A DNA stretch of 52,838 nt from a virus. Taxonomy: Duplodnaviria > Caudoviricetes. The DNA lies in IMG/VR virus record IMGVR_UViG_3300022074_000061, positions 1-52,838 of that record. One strand, written 5' to 3'. The translations under genes and the position numbers were made by a program. The notes under the pieces are model-generated. The model had not been told where the DNA came from and searched no databases. It saw nothing but the letters and a program-made list of their open reading frames with translations. This document shows, piece by piece, positions 9,488-19,275 of the stretch; the stretch's first letter is position 1, and the number at the start of each line of letters is the position of its first letter.

Positions 9488-9687
9488 TGGCAGTATTAAC
9501 AACAATAAATAATATTCCAGTCTATAGTACAGTACAAGAAGCTTTAAACTGGGCAGCATCTAATAATTTATCTGGATATCATACACATATGGTTAATGGT
9601 CAGATAGGATATATGGGTGGGCCAACACATGGGCAGGCCGCAGGATCATCACAAGGACTTAGAGGCAGTAATCAATCTAGTTACTAA
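9487..9687 (+). CDS. Hypothetical protein with GYHTH...YMGGPTH motif
   Basis: Coupled 66 aa ORF; His cluster may bind metal. Confidence 0.55.
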   Translation: MAVLTTINNIPVYSTVQEALNWAASNNLSGYHTHMVNGQIGYMGGPTHGQAAGSSQGLRGSNQSSY

Positions 9688-10079
9688 TGAGTATATTAGG
9701 TAAAATTTTTAGTTCAGGCGCTAGTGATTTAGTAAAAAATGTAGGTGGTGTAATAGATAATTTACACACATCTAAAGAAGAAAAACTAGAAGCACAACGT
9801 AAACTTCAAGAGTTAGTTGCTAACTATGAAGTTGAAATGGAAAAAAATGTAACTGACCGATGGAAGTCAGATATGAATAGTGATTCTTGGTTAAGTAAAA
9901 ATGTAAGACCATTAGTTTTAATATTTTTAGTAGTAAGCACAGTGCTTATGATATTTATAGATGCAGGGAGTATAAGTTTTTCCGTTGAAGAAAAATGGAC
10001 TGACTTATTACAAATAACTTTGATTACAGTAATTGGTGCGTATTTTGGTGGTAGATCATTGGAAAAACGTAAGAGATGA
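9687..10079 (+). CDS. Holin (3TM, GTA_holin-like)
   Basis: DSWLSKNVRP, two TM helices, YFGGRSLEKRKR C-terminus. Confidence 0.75.
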   Translation: MSILGKIFSSGASDLVKNVGGVIDNLHTSKEEKLEAQRKLQELVANYEVEMEKNVTDRWKSDMNSDSWLSKNVRPLVLIFLVVSTVLMIFIDAGSISFSVEEKWTDLLQITLITVIGAYFGGRSLEKRKR

Positions 10080-10348
10080 AATTCAAATGGTTAGTGAAAA
10101 CAGATGATGAAATATATCATGAGTCTATGCAAAATGCATACATATTACTAACACAACAAATTTCATTTGATGAGCTAATAGATTACAATGGTTGCAACCT
10201 TCCATTTCATCCAAGAAAAAAAATAACAAAAAAAATATATAGTTCACTTATTAATTATTTTTGTGAGCTAGAAGAATATGAAAAATGCGCTCAGCTAAAA
10301 AGCGTTATGGATTCAGATAACTATGATAAAAATTTATTAAATTTGTAA
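10076..10348 (+). CDS. Hypothetical protein with UvrB/UvrC-like motif
   Basis: LINYFCELEEYEKCAQLK. Confidence 0.5.
   Translation: MKFKWLVKTDDEIYHESMQNAYILLTQQISFDELIDYNGCNLPFHPRKKITKKIYSSLINYFCELEEYEKCAQLKSVMDSDNYDKNLLNL
10338..10345 (+). promoter_or_regulatory. -7 element TAAATTTG
   Basis: TAnnTTTG before ATG 10361; context nearly identical to 16130. Confidence 0.7.
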
Positions 10349-10360
10349 AAACTTAAAAAA

Positions 10361-10750
10361 ATGGCTAAAAACTATACATTGAATTGTTCTTTAAGCATGG
10401 CAGCTAATTCAGCTACTGGATATTCACAATCACAAAGTGGTAACTATCAACTTAATATTACTGGAGTAGATCAAATAGCTTCAGGCAGAATTGATGTTGC
10501 ACATGACGGTGATGCTACAATTATGGCGGCACCAGGACATGGAAGGGTAATTTACGTTAAAAACTTAGATGACACTAACTTTGTAAAAGTATATGATGGC
10601 GCATCATCTGCAAACGATTTAATTGGTATACTTGAACCAGGTCAATTTTTAATGACAATAATTAGAGGAACAGGAACTACAACAGCAAGAGCTGATACAG
10701 CAACTGTTACAGTAGAATACGCAGCAGTAGAAATAGATTCAAACGCATAA
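10361..10750 (+). CDS. Small virion beta-sandwich protein (paralogue A)
   Basis: IYVKNLD...LEPGQF; similar to 10761 and 42402 products. Confidence 0.55.
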   Translation: MAKNYTLNCSLSMAANSATGYSQSQSGNYQLNITGVDQIASGRIDVAHDGDATIMAAPGHGRVIYVKNLDDTNFVKVYDGASSANDLIGILEPGQFLMTIIRGTGTTTARADTATVTVEYAAVEIDSNA

Positions 10751-10760
10751 AAAATAAAAT

Positions 10761-11189
10761 ATGGCAACTCAATCATTATCAGTAACAGTATCAGGTACAC
10801 TTACATTAACAGATTCAGATGGTAATCAAGTGTTTACTTTTTCACCATCTTTTCAAACAGCATCTAGTACAGTAGATTCAGCATTAATATCAACTGGTGA
10901 AGTATTAACTAACGGAACTAGTGACACTACTATTAATTTAGCAAGACACAATAAAGATATGATATTTACATTTATCAAAAATGTAGATACAGACTATCCT
11001 GTAGCAGTAAAGCCAGATGGTGATGTAATTGCTGATCTTAAACCAGGTGAGTGTATGTTTTCACCAATACATGTTGATGGGGCAGGCGATGGATCAGCTA
11101 ACTTAGATTTAGCCGCTACTACAGCTGCACAAAAAGTTCAATATCTTATTTGTGATGGACCTGACACTGGAATAAGTTCAGATGACTAA
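10761..11189 (+). CDS. Small virion beta-sandwich protein (paralogue B)
   Basis: FIKNVD...LKPGECMF. Confidence 0.55.
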   Translation: MATQSLSVTVSGTLTLTDSDGNQVFTFSPSFQTASSTVDSALISTGEVLTNGTSDTTINLARHNKDMIFTFIKNVDTDYPVAVKPDGDVIADLKPGECMFSPIHVDGAGDGSANLDLAATTAAQKVQYLICDGPDTGISSDD

Positions 11190-11250
11190 AATATAGGGGG
11201 AAAGGCATATATGTAAAGGTTCTCTTAGTACCCCTTAAAAATGTAAAAAA

Positions 11251-11727
11251 ATGAAACTTAAGGTTTTAAGATTTAGTAGCCAGGAGGATAGCACTTCTGG
11301 CTTACTTTTTTTAGATCACAATGATGGTCTTAAATTTCTATGTTATACTCTTGAAGATGAACACAGATCAAAAAAAGTAAGAGGAGAAACAAGAGTACCT
11401 GCTGGTACATATAATTTATCACTTAGAAAAGTAGGAGGCTTTCATGAAAGATATAAAAAGAAATATGGTGCGTTTCATAAAGGAATGTTACAAGTTATGG
11501 ATGTACCAAACTTTGAATATATTCTTATACATACTGGTAACACTGATGAGCATACTGCTGGATGTTTACTTGTTGGTGACTCGCAAGAAAACAACATCAT
11601 TATCAAAGATGGATTTATTGGTAAATCAAATAATGCGTACAAAAGAATATATCCAGATATTGCAAAAGAGATTAAAAAAGGCAATAAAGTAACAATTCAG
11701 TATATTGATTTAGATAACAATGATTAG
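11251..11727 (+). CDS. DUF5675-type L,D-transpeptidase-like endolysin candidate
   Basis: CYTLED, TRVPAGTY, ILIHTGN...TAGCLLVG (His/Cys catalytic motif). Confidence 0.8.
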   Translation: MKLKVLRFSSQEDSTSGLLFLDHNDGLKFLCYTLEDEHRSKKVRGETRVPAGTYNLSLRKVGGFHERYKKKYGAFHKGMLQVMDVPNFEYILIHTGNTDEHTAGCLLVGDSQENNIIIKDGFIGKSNNAYKRIYPDIAKEIKKGNKVTIQYIDLDNND

Positions 11728-14700
11728 AAAACTTGGAATCAATCAATTTGAATATGATGTAGAGTTTAAGGGAGATGTAAGGTTTCCTGAAATTACAAGC
11801 ACATCAACATCTCTTGATACAATCGTTATTGATTCTACAGGTAAGCTTTTTAAAAGCACAGGATCAGAACCTGATGGTATAGGTTTTGATGGAAGTGGTG
11901 ATTTAATAATACAGCAACCAACTTCTGATAAAGATATAATATTTATAGCACCTGGAACATCTGATTTAGGAGACACCGTAACATATATTACTATTGATTC
12001 AAGTGTTGCTACAATACTATTTAGTCAAGAAGCAAGATTTACTGATAATGTTAATTTAAAGTTTGGGACTGGTGGTGACACGATGATTTATCATGATGGT
12101 AGTAATTCATATATAGATCATACTGGTACTGGGCATTTATATATAAGACAAGGTAGTGACGATAATGATATTATATTTCAAAGTGATGATCAGTCTGGTG
12201 GTTTAACAACATATTTAACTTTAGATGGAAGTAATGGTTATATTAGGCTAGAAGATGATAGAAGATTAACCATAGGTAGCGGTAATGATTTACAATTAAG
12301 ACATACATCGTCTGGAACATTTATAACTAACTTTACACATGACTTTAATATAGTTCAACAAGCAGCTGATAAAGATATAACTTTTCAATGCGATGATGGT
12401 AGTGGAGGTGTTGAAACATATTTCTTCTTAGATGGTAGCGCTAGTAGTGGTAATCCAATAACACAATTTCCTGATTTATCACAATTAGTTTTTGGTAATT
12501 CACAAGATTTACTTTTAAGGCATGATGGCACTGACAGTTTAATTCAAAACAATGGTGGTGATTTTATTATTAGTCAACATACAAACGACAAAGATTTAAT
12601 ATTTAAGTGTGACGATGGCAGTGGTAGTACTACTGAATATTTTAGACTAGATGGTGGTTCTGAAAAAACATTTTATAGTAAACCTATATTGCTTTTTGAT
12701 TCTGTTGCATTACAGTTAGGTACAGGTACTGATGCTACTTTATACCACTCTGGTGGTGAAGGTACTTTACAGAATTTTACTGGTAACTTTAGAATTATAC
12801 AAAGTGCAGACAATAGTGATATACAGTTTTTCTGCGATGACGGATCTGGAGGAACTACAGAGTATTTGAGAATTGATGGTGGTCAAGAAGTAAATATTTT
12901 TTCTAAAAACATAAAGCTTGAAGATAATGTAATGGGTATGTTTGGAGGTGGTAATGACCTAAAACTACGCCACAATGGAACAGATAGTTTTATTGAAAAT
13001 GAAACAGGTGATTTAACTATTAAAAATTCTGCAGACGATAAAGACATAATTTTTCAAAGCGACGACGGATCAGGGGGTACAACTACATATTTTTATTTAG
13101 ACGGTGACACAGTTCATAATAGATTTCCTAAAAGTATACTACTTGATGATAATGTTAATCTTGATTTTGGGGGTTCTGGAAATACTAGAATTAAAACTGA
13201 TGGTACAGATACTTTTATTCAGAATTATGTTGGTGATTTTTATATACAACAAGCTACTGACGACAAAGACATTATCTTCCAATCAGATGACGGTAGCGGC
13301 GGTAGTGAAACATATTTTAGATTAGACGGTAGCACTGGTTATGTTCAGTTTGCTGACAATAGAAGAATAACTATAGGTAGTAGTGATGACGCTAATATCA
13401 GACACGATGGAACAGATACATATATAGGTAATAGTACAGGTCATTTTTATATACAACAAGCTACTGACGATAAAGATCTAGTATTTCAGTGTGATGATGG
13501 AAGCGGAGGTTTAGCTACGTATTTTACGCTTGATGGTAGTTTAGCTAGTGGATCACAGTATTTTACTAAATGGGCTGATAATAGTATAGTTGCTTTAGGT
13601 AGCGCGCCTGACTTGTTTATATTTCATGACGGTTCTAATAGTTATATTAGACAATTTACAGCTCATGATTTAATAATAGAAAACATAAGTGATGATAAAG
13701 ACGTTATTTTTAGATGCGATGACGGTAGTGGCGGTGTGACCGCTTATTTAACTTTAGATGGTAGTGAAACTAATATAAAAGTAGAAAAAAACTTATATGC
13801 TACAGACGGTGTCTTGTTAAGTGTAGGTAGTGGTTTAGATTTAAGATTAAAGCATGATGGTACTGATAGTTTTATTTTTAATGAAACTGGACATTTATAC
13901 ATACAAAATAAAGCTGATGATAAAGATATTATCTTTCAATCAGATGATCAATCTGGTGGCGTAACAACATATTTTTTCTTAGATGGTAGTAATAGTAGCG
14001 GTAATCCAGTAACTATATTTCCTGATAACTCTAAACTTACTATTGGTACTTCTAGTCATGGTATTAGTTTATTACACGATGGTAGCAACTCTACTATAAC
14101 TAATGCTATAGGTAATTTAACAATTACTAACTTTCAAGATGACGGTGACATAATATTTAAATCAGATAATGGAAGTGGCGGTACAACTACTTATTTAACT
14201 TTAGATGGTGGTTTTTCAGTTCCTTACGTTGCTTTAGAAGACAGCACTATATTAGCTCTTGGTACACATAAAGATCTTTTACTTACTCATGATGGCACAG
14301 ATTCTAAGATTGACAACATGAATACTGGTGATATTAAAATTAGACAATTTGCTGATGATAAAGATATAGTTTTTTATAGTGATAACGGTGCGGGTGGAAC
14401 GGCAGAGTATTTTAAATTAGATGGTAGTTTAGCCGCACATGATGGTAGTTCATATACAGCTTTATACACAGCTTTTCCTGATAATAGCTTAGCTGCTTTT
14501 GGTGATAGTCAAGATTTAGTGATGTATCACAGTGGTAGCAATAGTTTTATAAGACATCTTGGTACTGGTCATTTATATATTGATAACACTACAGATGATG
14601 CTAATATATATTTTAGAAGTGATGATGGATCTGGTGGTTTAGCTACATATTTTAGGTTAAATGGTAGTGCTGCAGAAACTGTAGTAAGTAAAAACATGAG

Positions 14701-16120
14701 GTGGGAAGATAGTGTTGAGGCTCGTTTTGGTGATGGTAGTGATTTACAAATAGATCACGACGGAAGTAATAGTTATATAAAAAATGAAACTGGTAATTTA
14801 AACTTACAAAATAACGCTGACGACGCAGATATAGCTTTTTACTGTGACGATCAATCAGGAAGTGTTGCTGAATACTTTAGGTTAGACGGTAGTCTAGGTA
14901 TAAATAGATTTTTTAAAGATAGCAGACATAATGATAGCATTACAGCTAGTTTTGGTAGTAGTGACGATCTAAAAATACAGCATAATGGCACAGACAGCTA
15001 TATACAAAACTTTACTGGTAATTTAAATATAATACAACATTTAGATGACGGCCGTATTAATTTTCAATGCGATGATGGTAGCGGAGGTGTTACTACTTAT
15101 TTTTTCTTAGATGGTAGTTTAGCTAATGGTACAGATCAACTAGCAACTGTTTTTCCTGATACAAGTAAAATATTTTTTGGTACAGGACAAGATATGCAAA
15201 TTTACCATAGCGGAACACATAGTTTTATAAGACAAACAGGTGTTGGTAATTTATATATAGATCAAACTCAAGATGATGCAGATTTAATTTTTAGATGTGA
15301 CGATGGTAGTGGAGGTTTAGCTACATACTTTATGCTTGATGGTAGTTCTAAAAGAATTGATATTCCAGATGATATACGCTTAACGTTAGGTACTAGTGAT
15401 GATCTTCAAATTTACCACAACGCTACAAATTCTGTAATAGAAAATTATACTGGTGATTTTTTTATTAAAAACAATACTGACGATGGAGATATTAAGTTTC
15501 AGTCTGATGACGGAAGTGGAGGAACTACAGAGTATTTGAGAATTGATGGTGGCACTGAAACAGTTGAAGTAGCTAAACCAATTAATTTAGCAAGTGCAAG
15601 TTCTTCTACATCATCTGGTATATACGCTCAGTTTATAAATATAAAAGGTTTTTGTACATTAGCCGCTAATTATAAATATGCAGAAGATCAAGAAGATACA
15701 TTAGCGCCTTATGAAATGGCAGAAGATTATGGTAGCGCAACAATTAGTAGTAGTACAGAAGTTAATCAATCAAAAATGTTTAGATCATCTGGTTTTCACG
15801 TGCCAGTTGCTTGTAGTGTTAATGCTATAAACATGCAAGTAACTTGTAATAATACTGGTAACGTTACTATAGCTGTAGTTGAATATAGGCCTTCTGAATT
15901 AGCTGCAGATCAAGTAGATCATCCAAGAACAGTATATGAAGAAGTTGTAGTAGCTTCTAATGATAATAATAACAAAGTAAAAACAGTAACAGTAGCAACA
16001 GCAGACTTAGATAATACAGCAGTACCTGCTGGTAGTCATATAATGATTATGGCTAAAGGTGATAGTGATAGTATTGGTGGCAAAGCGTTTATAAGCGCTG
16101 CAATAGAAATCAAATGGTAA
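11720..16120 (+). CDS. Long tail fibre/spike with 16 tandem ~72-80 aa repeats
   Basis: Repeat core L-x-HDG[ST][DN]S[FY]I...DDKDIIFQ[SC]DDGSGGxxxYFxLDGS counted 16 times plus one degenerate copy; distinct C-terminal head domain. Confidence 0.8.
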   Translation: MIRKLGINQFEYDVEFKGDVRFPEITSTSTSLDTIVIDSTGKLFKSTGSEPDGIGFDGSGDLIIQQPTSDKDIIFIAPGTSDLGDTVTYITIDSSVATILFSQEARFTDNVNLKFGTGGDTMIYHDGSNSYIDHTGTGHLYIRQGSDDNDIIFQSDDQSGGLTTYLTLDGSNGYIRLEDDRRLTIGSGNDLQLRHTSSGTFITNFTHDFNIVQQAADKDITFQCDDGSGGVETYFFLDGSASSGNPITQFPDLSQLVFGNSQDLLLRHDGTDSLIQNNGGDFIISQHTNDKDLIFKCDDGSGSTTEYFRLDGGSEKTFYSKPILLFDSVALQLGTGTDATLYHSGGEGTLQNFTGNFRIIQSADNSDIQFFCDDGSGGTTEYLRIDGGQEVNIFSKNIKLEDNVMGMFGGGNDLKLRHNGTDSFIENETGDLTIKNSADDKDIIFQSDDGSGGTTTYFYLDGDTVHNRFPKSILLDDNVNLDFGGSGNTRIKTDGTDTFIQNYVGDFYIQQATDDKDIIFQSDDGSGGSETYFRLDGSTGYVQFADNRRITIGSSDDANIRHDGTDTYIGNSTGHFYIQQATDDKDLVFQCDDGSGGLATYFTLDGSLASGSQYFTKWADNSIVALGSAPDLFIFHDGSNSYIRQFTAHDLIIENISDDKDVIFRCDDGSGGVTAYLTLDGSETNIKVEKNLYATDGVLLSVGSGLDLRLKHDGTDSFIFNETGHLYIQNKADDKDIIFQSDDQSGGVTTYFFLDGSNSSGNPVTIFPDNSKLTIGTSSHGISLLHDGSNSTITNAIGNLTITNFQDDGDIIFKSDNGSGGTTTYLTLDGGFSVPYVALEDSTILALGTHKDLLLTHDGTDSKIDNMNTGDIKIRQFADDKDIVFYSDNGAGGTAEYFKLDGSLAAHDGSSYTALYTAFPDNSLAAFGDSQDLVMYHSGSNSFIRHLGTGHLYIDNTTDDANIYFRSDDGSGGLATYFRLNGSAAETVVSKNMRWEDSVEARFGDGSDLQIDHDGSNSYIKNETGNLNLQNNADDADIAFYCDDQSGSVAEYFRLDGSLGINRFFKDSRHNDSITASFGSSDDLKIQHNGTDSYIQNFTGNLNIIQHLDDGRINFQCDDGSGGVTTYFFLDGSLANGTDQLATVFPDTSKIFFGTGQDMQIYHSGTHSFIRQTGVGNLYIDQTQDDADLIFRCDDGSGGLATYFMLDGSSKRIDIPDDIRLTLGTSDDLQIYHNATNSVIENYTGDFFIKNNTDDGDIKFQSDDGSGGTTEYLRIDGGTETVEVAKPINLASASSSTSSGIYAQFINIKGFCTLAANYKYAEDQEDTLAPYEMAEDYGSATISSSTEVNQSKMFRSSGFHVPVACSVNAINMQVTCNNTGNVTIAVVEYRPSELAADQVDHPRTVYEEVVVASNDNNNKVKTVTVATADLDNTAVPAGSHIMIMAKGDSDSIGGKAFISAAIEIKW
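12847..12882 (+). repeat. 36-bp exact direct repeat (second copy 15517-15552)
   Basis: tggaggaactacagagtatttgagaattgatggtgg occurs in fibre repeats 4 and 16. Confidence 0.9.
13236..13263 (+). repeat. 28-bp exact direct repeat (second copy 13443-13470)
   Basis: atttttatatacaacaagctactgacga in adjacent fibre repeats. Confidence 0.85.
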
Positions 16121-16129
16121 AAATTTTAT

Positions 16130-16137
16130 TAAATTTG
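16130..16137 (+). promoter_or_regulatory. -7 element TAAATTTG
   Basis: TAnnTTTG 12 nt before ATG 16150. Confidence 0.7.
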
Positions 16138-16149
16138 TAAAAAAAAACA

Positions 16150-16404
16150 ATGACAAAAAAAGAACTTAAATCGGAAGATAAAGAAAAAATTATTGAACTT
16201 AGAAAAAAGTTTGCAATTCTTAACGGTCAATTTGGTGATTTAGAATTTGCAAAAATCAATATGAAAAAAAGAAAAGAAATGCTTGTAAATGAATATATAA
16301 ATTTACAAAATGAAGAAGTTGAAATTAGTAATTATTTAAAAGAAAACTACGGTGAAGGCACTATTAATTTAGATAATGGTGAGTTCATCCCAAAAGAAAA
16401 ATAA
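16150..16404 (+). CDS. Coiled-coil protein, likely fibre assembly chaperone
   Basis: Directly after the fibre gene; ends LKENYGEGTINLDNGEF. Confidence 0.55.
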   Translation: MTKKELKSEDKEKIIELRKKFAILNGQFGDLEFAKINMKKRKEMLVNEYINLQNEEVEISNYLKENYGEGTINLDNGEFIPKEK

Positions 16405-16728
16405 ATGGCATTAACAGGATCACTAACATATAAAGGATTAACAATATCTAACGCACATTTAAGAGTAATGCAAGCGCATCACAGGGTTGTAGATACATCT
16501 ACAGAAGCTGAAGATGGGTCAGTATCTTGGAGTAAAACGTTATATGCAGATTATTCAGCAAGAGTATATAAAGATGCTAGCTCTTATGCTGCAAATCCAG
16601 ATGAAGCTATATATACTATAAGCGGATCATTTACTCCATCTGTAGCTGAAGATGCAAAAGATATTGTAGAACAAACATATGTACATCTTAAGACATTGGA
16701 TACTTATAAAGATTTATCTGATGCATAA
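16405..16728 (+). CDS. Fibre-associated small protein
   Basis: GLTISNAHLRV...QTYVHLKTLDTYKDLSDA pattern typical of fibre-adjacent genes. Confidence 0.5.
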   Translation: MALTGSLTYKGLTISNAHLRVMQAHHRVVDTSTEAEDGSVSWSKTLYADYSARVYKDASSYAANPDEAIYTISGSFTPSVAEDAKDIVEQTYVHLKTLDTYKDLSDA

Positions 16729-17285
16729 TGGCAATAGGTAAAGTAGAGAAACTAAAGTATATTGAAAAATCAGATAGATCAAGATCTAGATTTTTAACTA
16801 GTGATACAGAAAATACACCACAAATTACACGTGAACCAACTGCAAGAAGAGGTTTACGTAGAGCTACAGCTAGAGATCAAGCTAGACAACAAAGTACAGT
16901 CATTCAAAAAGAACAACAGGGTAGTATATTTGTTGTTAAAACCAATACAGTAAATACATTATATTTTTTAACTGAATTAGAAAAAGGACAAAGTATAAGA
17001 GATATGATAATATCACACTGGAGTAGTTCTAGCACTGATGCAGTAATAAGTTTATATTGGAGTGTATCACCACCATCTGAAGTTGAGGTAACAGTTTTAG
17101 CGGGTAGAATAAGTGCGCAAACTAAAGGCAATTTTGCAAGACTACTTACAATAGACATGCCTCATTCAACAACATTATCATTAGCAGACAATCATATTAT
17201 TAATTCGTTTGGAAATTTAGATAGAAATATATATTTTTATGCTGTAAGTTCTCAACAATATACACAGTGGACGATAATAAAATAA
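16728..17285 (+). CDS. Hypothetical protein
   Basis: Coupled 185 aa ORF. Confidence 0.55.
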   Translation: MAIGKVEKLKYIEKSDRSRSRFLTSDTENTPQITREPTARRGLRRATARDQARQQSTVIQKEQQGSIFVVKTNTVNTLYFLTELEKGQSIRDMIISHWSSSSTDAVISLYWSVSPPSEVEVTVLAGRISAQTKGNFARLLTIDMPHSTTLSLADNHIINSFGNLDRNIYFYAVSSQQYTQWTIIK

Positions 17286-17515
17286 AGTTCTGTGTACCAA
17301 TTTGGATGTCAAATTGGGTTTTTGAGGACAAAAGAAAAAACAAATTTACTATTAGTGACGTTATAGTTAAAGGGCACAATAAAGATGAGATTATATCAAA
17401 TCCAGTAATTGTTAATAAAGTCGTTAGAAAAATAAACGGCAAGAGAAAGAACAAACAATTAAAGCCAATAAATTTAACACTAATCAAGCAGCATGGCTAT
17501 GGTGTTAAAGAGTAA
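17267..17515 (+). CDS. Hypothetical basic protein
   Basis: GTG-start ORF filling the operon gap. Confidence 0.5.
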   Translation: MDDNKIKFCVPIWMSNWVFEDKRKNKFTISDVIVKGHNKDEIISNPVIVNKVVRKINGKRKNKQLKPINLTLIKQHGYGVKE

Positions 17516-17529
17516 CTAATATAAAATGT

Positions 17530-18813
17530 ATGTCACTTAATGACGAAATAAAAGAATATTTATTAAACAATCCAAATCTTTTACGTAGTAAATATGCTGA
17601 CACAGCAAAAAAGTTTGGAACAAACTATGAGCAGATAAGAACTATAGCTCGTAGAATCAGAAAAGATAATCCTGATACAGCTCCTAAAGAAAAAGAAGTA
17701 TTACACTTTCAAGAAACAAAAGATCAAGCTATACTTTCCGCAGAAAATTGCACAAGAGTAAAGTCACTTGAAGATTTATTATCAGCATGTAGTGTTGATT
17801 TAGATACATGGGAAGTTGACAAATATGATATAGGTACATATGAGGTTACAGGTTTTGACGCAAAGCGTAAGCCTATTACAATTACAATGTATAGAACAAA
17901 AGCTTGGTTAAAAAAAATTAAAGCAGAACTTAATATTGCTCAAGTAAAAAAACAAATCATAGAAGATCTGTCAAGTCTTTCTCCTATAGTAAATAAAAAA
18001 GAAAGATGCAGACCAGATGATCGTAATGATTTGCACCTCTTAGAAATATCTGCATTTGATTTACATTTAGGTAAAATAGGTATTAAGGGTGATGAGTATA
18101 GTATGGATATAGCTTCAGAACGCCTTTTAAGCGCCATAGAGCACCTTTTATACAGAGCACAGGGGTATTACATAGATAAAATATTATTTATCGTAGGACA
18201 AGATCTATTGAACTCAGATGGTGATTGGCCAATACCAAGCACAACAAAAGGTACACCGCAGTTTAACAGTAATTATCATATAGATATGTACCGCACAGCA
18301 AGAAAACTTATGATTAAAGCGATTAATAGATTATCAGAAATAGCAGACGTACATGTTATGGTAATACCAGGTAATCATGATAGAGAATCTATTATGCACT
18401 TAGGTGATCTGTTAGAGTTGTATTATGAAAACAATAAGAATGTTAAAGTTGACAACTCTGATTGTTTAATGAAAGCAATACCATATGGTAATAATTTGAT
18501 TGTAAGTGATCATGGTGATGGTCCAAAAACAAATGATTTACCAGGCATTATTTCACAAAGGTTTAAAAATTTATGGAGTGATGTGACTTATGTAGAGGTG
18601 CATAGGGGTCACTATCATACTAATAAAGCAACAAAACTACAAGCAATAGAAGAGCTAAATGGTATTACAGTTAGAAACTTATCTTCTATGTCAGCCACAG
18701 ACTATTGGCATGATTCTAAAGGATTTATTGGCAATATAAAAAAAGCACAAGCTTTTATATATAGTCGCAATAACGGACTACAGGGTATCCTGAACTACAA
18801 CGTAAATATTTAG
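17530..18813 (+). CDS. Calcineurin-like metallophosphoesterase with N-terminal HTH-like domain
   Basis: DLHLG, GQDLLNSD, GNHD, DHGD, GHYH motifs; N-terminal YADTAKKFGTNYEQIRTIARR. Confidence 0.85.
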   Translation: MSLNDEIKEYLLNNPNLLRSKYADTAKKFGTNYEQIRTIARRIRKDNPDTAPKEKEVLHFQETKDQAILSAENCTRVKSLEDLLSACSVDLDTWEVDKYDIGTYEVTGFDAKRKPITITMYRTKAWLKKIKAELNIAQVKKQIIEDLSSLSPIVNKKERCRPDDRNDLHLLEISAFDLHLGKIGIKGDEYSMDIASERLLSAIEHLLYRAQGYYIDKILFIVGQDLLNSDGDWPIPSTTKGTPQFNSNYHIDMYRTARKLMIKAINRLSEIADVHVMVIPGNHDRESIMHLGDLLELYYENNKNVKVDNSDCLMKAIPYGNNLIVSDHGDGPKTNDLPGIISQRFKNLWSDVTYVEVHRGHYHTNKATKLQAIEELNGITVRNLSSMSATDYWHDSKGFIGNIKKAQAFIYSRNNGLQGILNYNVNI

Positions 18814-18814
18814 T

Positions 18815-18928
18815 TTATAGTTCAGTTTTTTTATCTGCTTCTCTTTTATATATTTCAAGTAACATAGATATAATAGAACAACCTATTATGTATATCATTA
18901 TTAGTGTAATTCCAAGTATTATTAGCAT
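18815..18928 (-). CDS. 37-aa single-TM peptide (not in ORF track)
   Basis: MLIILGITLIMIYIIGCSIISMLLEIYKREADKKTEL. Confidence 0.55.
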   Translation of the reverse strand: MLIILGITLIMIYIIGCSIISMLLEIYKREADKKTEL

Positions 18929-18933
18929 AGTTT

Positions 18934-19004
18934 AAAAAAATCCTACCCCATGATAGGGAGTTTAATCAGAAAAGTAATACGATCATGGATTATAGGGTAG
19001 GATT
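18934..19004 (-). terminator. Large-loop stem with U-tract (terminator or structured RNA)
   Basis: aatcctaccc/gggtaggatt outer stem, ccatgat/atcatgg inner stem, T7 run on the minus strand. Confidence 0.55.
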
Positions 19005-19275
19005 ATTCTTTTAGTTTGTCAAGCTCAAAACTAAGATGTGCTATAGCTTTCTTAATATCGGATATACCACCATCACTATGTTTACGTTTAGATCGCAAAC
19101 AATATGTAACGGCAGTTCCGACATTATATGATAGGTCAAAGTCTTCAATAACCTTTCTAGCTTCATAACGATATTTACTTCCAACATAGTATGTAGGTAT
19201 TCTATCATCACCAGTTGTGGTTGGATAAAAACCATTTCTACCAATCTCCCAGTAATATTTGTTATGTTCACTCAC
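19003..19275 (-). CDS. DUF3310/SaV-like protein
   Basis: PTYY...EARKVIEDFDLSYNVGTAVTYCLRSKRK...DIKKAIAHL. Confidence 0.7.
   Translation of the reverse strand: MSEHNKYYWEIGRNGFYPTTTGDDRIPTYYVGSKYRYEARKVIEDFDLSYNVGTAVTYCLRSKRKHSDGGISDIKKAIAHLSFELDKLKE

Noticed and set aside
11195-11236. agggg...cccct stem before the lysin gene as a riboswitch or terminator
   Set aside because: Only about 5-6 bp with a ~30-nt loop and no U-tract; too weak to call
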